Origin: Candidatus Multivoradales bacterium | Lineage (GTDB): Bacteria; Acidobacteriota; Thermoanaerobaculia; Multivoradales; J023 | DNA: 64,000 bases | NCBI GenBank assembly: GCA_965248925.1 | Contig: CBDFLE010000006.1 | Location: 4,704,001 to 4,768,000 of the forward strand | Direction of reading: 5' to 3' | Shown: positions 1-6,656 of the stretch, one piece after another | How the letters are laid out: each line of letters starts with the position of its first letter | Position numbering within the stretch: position 1 is the stretch's first letter | The notes under the pieces: generated by a model | The model's database searches: none | What the model was told of the DNA's origin: nothing | The model's input: the letters and a program-made list of their open reading frames with translations, nothing else | Program-made: the position numbers and the translations under genes

Positions 1-461
1 AGGCGATTTCGATGCGTGCGGAAGCGGCCGAATTGCGCCAGCGCTACGCCTTTGCCCAGCGCCTCGAGGGCGATTTGCGGGCGAGTCGGATCAGCTTTGC
101 TGAGGCGGCTCGGCGCTATTCACAGCTGCCTTCGGCCAGTCGAGGTGGGGCGCTCGGGTGGCTCGATCGGCAGCAGGTGGCGGCCCTGGGGCCTTTTCTT
201 TTCAAGAGCGTGACCAGGCTTGCAGCTGGCGAGCTTGGTCGGCTGGTGCAACAGCCCGACTCACTGCCTCGAGACGGTCATACCTTATGGCTGGTGCGGC
301 TGTTGGAGAAACGCGCGGCCCGACCTATGAGTTTTGCCGAAGCGCGTCGGCACGCCGAGAATGCCCTGGGCAACGAGCAGACCCGAGAGATTCAGCGCCA
401 GCTAGAAGAGGAGCTGGTCACGGAACTCGAACTCCGGTGGATTGGGGAGCCTTCGCCGTAG
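1..461 (+). CDS. PpiC/rotamase-type peptidylprolyl isomerase, C-terminal part (starts upstream of window)
   Basis: SFAEAARRYS..PSASRGGALGWL rotamase motif, then 'RPMSFAEAR' and a C-terminal helix typical of PrsA/SurA-like foldases. Confidence 0.8.
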   Translation, partial: AISMRAEAAELRQRYAFAQRLEGDLRASRISFAEAARRYSQLPSASRGGALGWLDRQQVAALGPFLFKSVTRLAAGELGRLVQQPDSLPRDGHTLWLVRLLEKRAARPMSFAEARRHAENALGNEQTREIQRQLEEELVTELELRWIGEPSP

Positions 462-500
462 TTCGGTGGCGGCCGGTTGGCTGTTCTTTTCGAGCCAACG

Positions 501-529
501 AAAAAGGCGCCCCCGCAGGGACGCCTTTA
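501..529 (-). terminator. Rho-independent terminator of the 552..1355 gene
   Basis: AAAAAGGCGCCCCCGCAGGGACGCCTTT: GC stem followed by a T-run on the minus strand, just past the stop codon. Confidence 0.75.
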
Positions 530-551
530 GATTCTGTCGTAGCAGATCGAA

Positions 552-1355
552 TCAGTCGATCGAGAAGCTCATCAGCTCCACCGGAACCAGGTTGCCGGAA
601 GCGCGAAGCATCGCGTTGGCGACCGAGTTCGGGGTGTAGTTGCCGCCGCTTAAGTCTTCGACCGCCATGCCGTGGAAGCCTTGGCCAGCCACCGTGCCGG
701 CGGAGTCGAAGCCGACACAATCGTTACCACATGGGGTGGTCCCAGCGGTCGAACCGGCGGGTGGATTCCACACCCCAGCCATGAAGTTGAGATCGGTGCC
801 GGTGAGGGTGGTACCCAACGAAACCGTGTTGAACGAACCGGGCAGCAAGCCGGTAATATTCGCCGAGGTCAGGGCGGTGGCAACACCCCCGGTGTCGGGT
901 GGGCCGAAGATGGTCATGAAGGCGTTGTTGGAAGCGGTGGTGCTGCTGTTGACGATGGCCATGAAAACAGTGAGTTGGGTGATAGTGACGGTGGCTTTGC
1001 CGCCGCCGATGGCGCCACCGCTGACCGAGTTGAAGTTGTTGCCAAAGGCGAAGTTGTCGCCGATGGCCGGGATGGCGCCAACGCTGCTGAAGACCCCTGT
1101 GTCATAGGTGATCGAGATGTTGGTGGTCCGTCGCGGCGCCTCGTGCTGGACACCGGTCTTCAAATCACCTTGGAAGCCGGGGCCAGCTTGGGCCGACTCG
1201 GCGTCTTTCATCGCCTGAACAGCCGCCTGGCGCTCAGCTTTGGACATCGAGGCGAACTTGGCTTGGGTAGTATTCCGGCCAACATTCTCCGCCGTTACCT
1301 GCAAGGCACCGGCGACGAGTAGGGTCAAGCTCAAACCAAAAGCGGTCTTACGCAT
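552..1355 (-). CDS. Secreted Gly/Thr/Asn-rich hypothetical protein with C-terminal PVELMSFSID motif
   Basis: Sec signal peptide MRKTAFGLSLTLLVAGALQVTA; SD GGAGA; own terminator; beta-rich mature region. Confidence 0.85.
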   Translation of the reverse strand: MRKTAFGLSLTLLVAGALQVTAENVGRNTTQAKFASMSKAERQAAVQAMKDAESAQAGPGFQGDLKTGVQHEAPRRTTNISITYDTGVFSSVGAIPAIGDNFAFGNNFNSVSGGAIGGGKATVTITQLTVFMAIVNSSTTASNNAFMTIFGPPDTGGVATALTSANITGLLPGSFNTVSLGTTLTGTDLNFMAGVWNPPAGSTAGTTPCGNDCVGFDSAGTVAGQGFHGMAVEDLSGGNYTPNSVANAMLRASGNLVPVELMSFSID

Positions 1356-1363
1356 TGCTTCTC

Positions 1364-1487
1364 CTAGATTCTGCAGCGGCCAGTCGGCCCTGATTGGCTC
1401 AAACTAGGTGTTCCCAGCAGGAATCTAGCTCCGCCGATGGTTTCGCTCAAACATCTTGTGGGATTCGAAAACCATCGGAGGATAGCA
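1364..1487 (-). promoter_or_regulatory. Putative extended -10 element and structured 5' UTR
   Basis: Minus strand TGCTATCCT, then stems 1434-1445/1466-1478 and 1364-1374/1417-1428; the latter abuts the SD. Confidence 0.45.
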
Positions 1488-1566
1488 TGGAGTCAGTGTC
1501 CTAGGGACGATGGCACGGAGGTGATTTCAGCCGGGCCAATTCATCTGGGCGGCGTCACGGCGGCGA

Positions 1567-1712
1567 TGTCACAAGTGCTGGTGTCACAAGTGGTGGTGTC
1601 ACAGTAGTGGTGGTGTCACAGTAGTGGTGGTGTCACAGTAGTGGTGGTGTCACAGTAGTGGTGGTGTCACAGTAGTGGTGGTGTCACAGTAGTGGTGGTG
1701 TCACAGTAGTGG
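1567..1712. repeat. Tandem repeat TGTCACAGTAGTGGTGG (17 bp; 6 full + 1 partial copies) preceded by two degenerate 15-bp copies
   Basis: Copies start at 1597, 1614, 1631, 1648, 1665, 1682, 1699; degenerate copies at 1567 and 1582; no spacers. Confidence 0.97.
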
Positions 1713-3384
1713 CCAGGCGTTGTTCGACAATCACCAATCCAGCTCTGTCGAGTACCTCGTCGACCAACTGGCGGAAGACCTCGGGGCCGTGACGCTCGAG
1801 AAAAGCGGTGCGTATGGCCGCTTCGGCTTGCTCGAACGAGAGTGGCTCCGGCTCGCGTCGATCAACGACTTCGAAGATAGCGATTGCCCCCGCGCCGGTA
1901 GTGTAGGGCGGTGACACCTCACCCGTGCCCAGGCGACCGATGAACAGCGCCGCTTTAGGTTCGCGGCTGCTCAAGTGGTCGAGGTCTTGCCAGTCGAGTT
2001 CTTCCAGTTCGCCGCCGAGTCTCTCTTGCAGCGCCTGGAGGTCGAGTCGACCAGCTTCGATCTCAGCTCTTGCCGCCTCCAGCTCGGCCATTCTCTGGCT
2101 GGCCTCGGACCCGACCGACAGGGTCAAGCGGCGGAGGCGCACCTGCAGCGGTGAGTTGAAGCGCCGACGATTGTCGGCGTAGAAGGTCTGCAGGCGTTGT
2201 TGGAGGCCATCGAGCCTGCCGGCGATCAGTTGGTGCCGGTAGCGTGCGAGCAAGAGATCCTGAGCCCGCAGGTCGATCCCGGCCTGGGCTTCGGCGCTGA
2301 GCTCCTCTCCGGCTACGATTGCTGTCAGGTAAACCTGCTCTCGCTGCACCATGGCGTTGAGGACTCGCAAGGAAATGCCTTGGGGAGCTTGCAGCCGCTG
2401 ATTGGCTTGCAGCTGCCGCTGTTCCTGGGCGATCAGTCGGCGGAAGCGGCGTAGGCCGAGGTTGAGCTCGCCGATTCTCAGCACCACGGCCTGTGGGTCG
2501 TTGGCCCGCAGCAACGCTTCGAGTTCGTCGGTATCAGGTACAAAACTGTCCGGCGGCAGTTCCAACCGATCGATGATCGCCGCCACCGCGATTCGTCGCT
2601 GCTCTGCCAGGAGCTGTTGCCGCAAGCTCGATCGCACCTCGGCGAAGGACGCTTGACGGGCTGGGGCTATGGACTCGACAAGGAATAGATGAACGCCATC
2701 GGCGGCGACCAGCGGCTGGCTGGGAACTTTTTCTTCGAGACTGAAGATTGCGTTTTCGAAGGTGAGCGGTAGCTGGCCGCGGACGATACGGCCGATGAGT
2801 CCTTGTTGATGCCGCGATTCAGAATCGGAGACCTCGGCGGCCAGCAGGGCGATGTTCTCACCGCTGGTTATCCGCTGGCGTAATTGTTCGAGTTCGGCTA
2901 CCAAGTCTTCGCTGCTGGCCGCGGCGGTGCGGCGTTTAAAGATGTGGTAGACGGCTCGCGCTTCGGGTTGTGCAAAGCGCCGCGGGTTGTGGTCGAAAAT
3001 GGCTTGCAGGTCGGCCTCTGACGGCTCTGCCAGCGGCGGTAGCAAGCCCTCGATATGTTGCTTGGCCAGAGTCTGACGACTCAGACCGTCCATCTCACTG
3101 CGAAGTTCAGGGGCCTGATCGAGCCCCTGCTGTTTCGCTTCAGCGAGCAGCAGGCGGTTCAGGACCAGTTGGCGAATCAGCTGACGAAAAGGCTCTAGCT
3201 CGCCTGCTTGGTAGCTATTTCGCTGCTCCGTGGGCAGCGCGAGCACTGCCCGGTCGAGATCGGCGGCGGTCACTACTCCGCCCTGATAGGTCGCTACTGC
3301 ATCGCCATCCGGCGCTGGTAGCGGCGCCTCGGGGGTGCAAGCGAGGGCCAGGAAGACCCAGGGGCAGAGGAGTTTGAAGCTCAT
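1684..3384 (-). CDS. Peptidylprolyl isomerase (PrsA/SurA-like foldase) lipoprotein, two rotamase-like domains
   Basis: Lipobox LALAC; VATYQGGVVTAADL N-domain; LAAEVSDSES...GLIG..FENAIFSL rotamase motif. Confidence 0.85.
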   Translation of the reverse strand: MSFKLLCPWVFLALACTPEAPLPAPDGDAVATYQGGVVTAADLDRAVLALPTEQRNSYQAGELEPFRQLIRQLVLNRLLLAEAKQQGLDQAPELRSEMDGLSRQTLAKQHIEGLLPPLAEPSEADLQAIFDHNPRRFAQPEARAVYHIFKRRTAAASSEDLVAELEQLRQRITSGENIALLAAEVSDSESRHQQGLIGRIVRGQLPLTFENAIFSLEEKVPSQPLVAADGVHLFLVESIAPARQASFAEVRSSLRQQLLAEQRRIAVAAIIDRLELPPDSFVPDTDELEALLRANDPQAVVLRIGELNLGLRRFRRLIAQEQRQLQANQRLQAPQGISLRVLNAMVQREQVYLTAIVAGEELSAEAQAGIDLRAQDLLLARYRHQLIAGRLDGLQQRLQTFYADNRRRFNSPLQVRLRRLTLSVGSEASQRMAELEAARAEIEAGRLDLQALQERLGGELEELDWQDLDHLSSREPKAALFIGRLGTGEVSPPYTTGAGAIAIFEVVDRREPEPLSFEQAEAAIRTAFLERHGPEVFRQLVDEVLDRAGLVIVEQRLATTVTPPLL

Positions 3385-5516
3385 TTCGCGGTCTCGAGGA
3401 GTGCGGCTGCAGCCAGCCCCTCCGGGCTGTCGGGCGCCGTGGTCTGGAACCCGGCCATGGCCGCCTGGGCTTGCTCTCTGTGGCCGAGGGCGAGGGCCGT
3501 GGCAACCGCCGCATATCGAGCCTGCGAGTAGCCTGGTTCGATTTCGACCGCTCGTTCAAAGTGTTCGAGAGCCTCCACCGAACGGCCTTGTTCGAGCAAC
3601 ATGGCGGCGAAGTTGAAATGGCCTCGGGCGTAGTAGGGCATCTCAGTGAGAGCCTGTCGAAAGAGGTCGCTAGCACCCTCGAAATCACCGCCCTGGGCCT
3701 GACGCACGGCGAGATCGACCCGCGCTGGCGCAAACCTTGGGGTGATCTCCAAGGCTTGCTGCAGTGCCTTCTGTTCCTGATCGGGTTGGTCAGTCGCGGC
3801 GTAGATGCTGGCCAGCATCCACTGACCCATGGCGCTCGGCGCAGTCTGTTGCTGGCTCTCGACCAGGGTCAAGGCACGCCCCGGATCTCCTTGTTTGAAG
3901 AGATGTGAAGCGATCAGCATCAGGGTAGCCTCGGTGGGCAGAGCTTGAGGGTTGAGTTCGCGCACTAGGTCGAGGGTGGCCAGGGCCTCTTCCACCTGGT
4001 CGAGACCGAGTTCGGCGCGGGCCCGCAGCTGGAGGTAGAACGCATTTTGCGGATGGCGCTCGAGCAGCACTTCGATCACCCGCTTGGCGGCTAGGGGACG
4101 CTGATCGAAGAGCAGTTGCTTAGCGCTGCTCAGCTCGTTGATATCGTCGACTTGGTCCTGGGGGGGCGTACCATCTTGGCGCAGTTGTTCATTGATCGTC
4201 GGCAGCTCGCCGAGTCGGCTGTGGATATAGCCCAACGCCTCGAGCCGGCGGCGGGTCTCCTCGTCCATCTCCGTCACCGCTGCTGCATCGCCGCGAGCGT
4301 GACGGTCCAAGAAGGATGCTAGCTGGCGTTCTAGCTCAAGCGCCAAGTCGCCCTGCTCGGCGATCAGATCGTGATGCTCGTGCGGATCCGCTTCCAGGTC
4401 GTAGAGTTCCGGCCGCGGGCCATGGATGTACTTGTGTTGGCGGCTGAACAGCACCCGCAGCTCGCCGAGATCGTGGGCGAATCGGGGCGCCAGGGTCTCG
4501 GCGTATTGGGGCCGGGGAAAGCCGGCCACCGAGCCGCCACGATGATCGATTAGCGGTCGCAAGCTCTGGCCTTGGAAGGCCTCTGGGGAGGTGATGCCGA
4601 GCAGATCTAGGACGGTCGGCGCGACATCGACGCTCGCCACTCGTTGCGGCACTACCACGCCGCCCGCTCGTCCCGGAATGCTCAAGATCAGCGGCACATG
4701 CAGGGTGGAGTTGTAGGCTAGGGTCGAGTGGGTGAGTTCGCCGTGTTCTCCCTGGCCTTCGCCGTGATCGGCGGTGAAGACGATCAGGGTGTGGTCGAGC
4801 ACTCCCAACTGGTTCAGATGATCGAGCAGCTCGCCGAAGGCCTCGTCGGCGTAGGCGATTTCGCCGTCATATGGATCGTCGACGAAGAGTTGATCATAGG
4901 GTGGGGGCGGCGAATAGGGCTGATGCGGATCGAAGTAGTGCGCCCAAGCGAAGAAGGGCTCTTGGTGATGCTGATCAAGCCACGGCAGTAGCGCGTCGTT
5001 GACCAACGAAGCTGGGCGTTCGTCGAAGTACAGTCCGGTCTTGAGCACTGCCCTTTGGCCGAGAAGGTTCTGGTAAGCGGCGGCGAAGTTGTCGTCGTAG
5101 AGTTCGAAACCCTGGTCGGCGCCGAAGCGGGCGGACAAAGGGAAGGCGCCCACTGCCGCGGCGGTGCGGTAGCCCACCGCGGCGAGAGTCTCGGCCAGAG
5201 TTTCATGGCTGTCGCTCAGGTGGAAAATGCCGTTGTCCCGCACCCCATGGGCCAGCGGGTAGAGGCCGGTCAAGAGGGTCGAATGGGAGGGAAGGGTTAC
5301 CGGCACGGCAGTGAAAGCTCGCTCGAAGCGAAAGCCCTCGGCCGCCAGGGCATCGAGGTTGGGGGTCGCGGCGCGCTCGCGGCCATAGCAGCCGATGCGG
5401 TCCGCCCGAGTGGTATCGAAGGTCACCAGCAGGAGGTTCCAACGGGGCGTGCGACTGCAAGACGTACACACCAGAGCGAGCACCGCGAGGGCGATGAATC
5501 GAAGTCCGCGAATCAT
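3381..5516 (-). CDS. Sulfatase-like hydrolase/transferase with C-terminal TPR repeats
   Basis: NLLLVTFDTTRAD, TLPSH, HYFDPH, TADHGE, ELYDL..DP.E motifs; TPR helices after RLEALGY. Confidence 0.9.
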   Translation of the reverse strand: MIRGLRFIALAVLALVCTSCSRTPRWNLLLVTFDTTRADRIGCYGRERAATPNLDALAAEGFRFERAFTAVPVTLPSHSTLLTGLYPLAHGVRDNGIFHLSDSHETLAETLAAVGYRTAAAVGAFPLSARFGADQGFELYDDNFAAAYQNLLGQRAVLKTGLYFDERPASLVNDALLPWLDQHHQEPFFAWAHYFDPHQPYSPPPPYDQLFVDDPYDGEIAYADEAFGELLDHLNQLGVLDHTLIVFTADHGEGQGEHGELTHSTLAYNSTLHVPLILSIPGRAGGVVVPQRVASVDVAPTVLDLLGITSPEAFQGQSLRPLIDHRGGSVAGFPRPQYAETLAPRFAHDLGELRVLFSRQHKYIHGPRPELYDLEADPHEHHDLIAEQGDLALELERQLASFLDRHARGDAAAVTEMDEETRRRLEALGYIHSRLGELPTINEQLRQDGTPPQDQVDDINELSSAKQLLFDQRPLAAKRVIEVLLERHPQNAFYLQLRARAELGLDQVEEALATLDLVRELNPQALPTEATLMLIASHLFKQGDPGRALTLVESQQQTAPSAMGQWMLASIYAATDQPDQEQKALQQALEITPRFAPARVDLAVRQAQGGDFEGASDLFRQALTEMPYYARGHFNFAAMLLEQGRSVEALEHFERAVEIEPGYSQARYAAVATALALGHREQAQAAMAGFQTTAPDSPEGLAAAALLETAK

Positions 5517-5582
5517 TGTTGTTCTAGGTCGGTGGGACCAGGCGAGCCGCGCGATCCGGCGCGCGACTCATCGCTCAGCCGC

Positions 5583-6578
5583 TCAGTCCCAGTCCAGCGA
5601 GGCGCCAATCTGGTATTCGGTGACCCGAGTCTCGAAGAAGTTCTTCTCCTTCGCCAAGTCGGTCGATTGCGACATCCAGGGGAAGGGGTTCTGCTTGTTG
5701 TAGCGCTTGTCGAGGCCCAGGCGGTTGAGGCGGCGGTCGGCGATGTGTTCGACGTATTCAGCGAATTGGTCAGCATTGATTCCCAGCAGGCCCTCGGGGC
5801 AGGCGTCGTAGGCGTAGGCTTGCTCGAGTTCGACGGCGCGGTCGACCAGCAGGATGATCTCATTCTTGAAATCCTCGGTCCAGGCTTCCGGGAACTCGGT
5901 CTTGATAGTGTTGATCAAGTCGCAGCCGAAGGCCAGGTGGATCGACTCGTCGCGCATGATGTACTCGAATTGCTCGCCGATGCCGATCATCTTGTTCTGC
6001 CGCTTGAGCGCTAGCATCATGGCGAATCCGGCGTAGAAGAAAATCCCCTCCATGATGACATAGAAGCCCACCAGGTCGCGCAGGAAGCGCTGCACATTCT
6101 CGGTGCCTTCGGTGGTGAAGGTCGGATCGAGCACCGATTGGGTGAGGCTGACAACGAAATCATCCTTGGCCTTGATCGACGGGATGGTCTCGTACATGTT
6201 GAAGATCTCGTCCGGATCGAGGCCCAAGGTGTCGCAGCAGTAGATGAAGGTGTCGGTGTGCACCGCCTCTTCGTAGCCCTGGCGCAGCAGATATTGGCGC
6301 GCTTCCGGGTTGGTGACGTGGTTGTAGACCGCCAGAACGATGTTGTTGGCGGTCAGCGATTCGGCGGTGGAGAAGAAACCCAGGTTCCACAAGATCAGCC
6401 GCCGTTCGCTGCTCGACAGCACGCGATCGGACTTCCACTGCTCGACATCCTTCTGCATCGAGATCTCTTCCGGTGTCCAGTTGTTGTTGACCCCGTTCTT
6501 GTAATGCTCGCGCGCCCACATGTAGCGCATCGGCAGGATCTTATTGGGGTCGGTCTTACGATTGTTGATGATCGGCAC
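5583..6578 (-). CDS. nrdB: Ribonucleotide reductase beta subunit, class Ic-type (R2c)
   Basis: FFSTAESL, EEAVHTDTF, MEGIFFY, DESIH, NFFETRVTEY motifs. Confidence 0.95.
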   Translation of the reverse strand: MPIINNRKTDPNKILPMRYMWAREHYKNGVNNNWTPEEISMQKDVEQWKSDRVLSSSERRLILWNLGFFSTAESLTANNIVLAVYNHVTNPEARQYLLRQGYEEAVHTDTFIYCCDTLGLDPDEIFNMYETIPSIKAKDDFVVSLTQSVLDPTFTTEGTENVQRFLRDLVGFYVIMEGIFFYAGFAMMLALKRQNKMIGIGEQFEYIMRDESIHLAFGCDLINTIKTEFPEAWTEDFKNEIILLVDRAVELEQAYAYDACPEGLLGINADQFAEYVEHIADRRLNRLGLDKRYNKQNPFPWMSQSTDLAKEKNFFETRVTEYQIGASLDWD

Positions 6579-6615
6579 GGGAACTCTCCTGGGGGAGCTG
6601 GGGGGCTCGTGGCGC

Positions 6616-6637
6616 GGGCGCGGTGACGACCGCGCCC
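6616..6637. other. Intercistronic stem-loop between nrdA and nrdB
   Basis: Perfect GGGCGCGGT-GACG-ACCGCGCCC hairpin. Confidence 0.6.
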
Positions 6638-6656
6638 CTGGGTTACTAGAAAGTAC

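Noticed and set aside
1567-1712. CRISPR array
   Set aside because: Units are contiguous with no unique spacers, only 17 bp long, and no cas genes are nearby.
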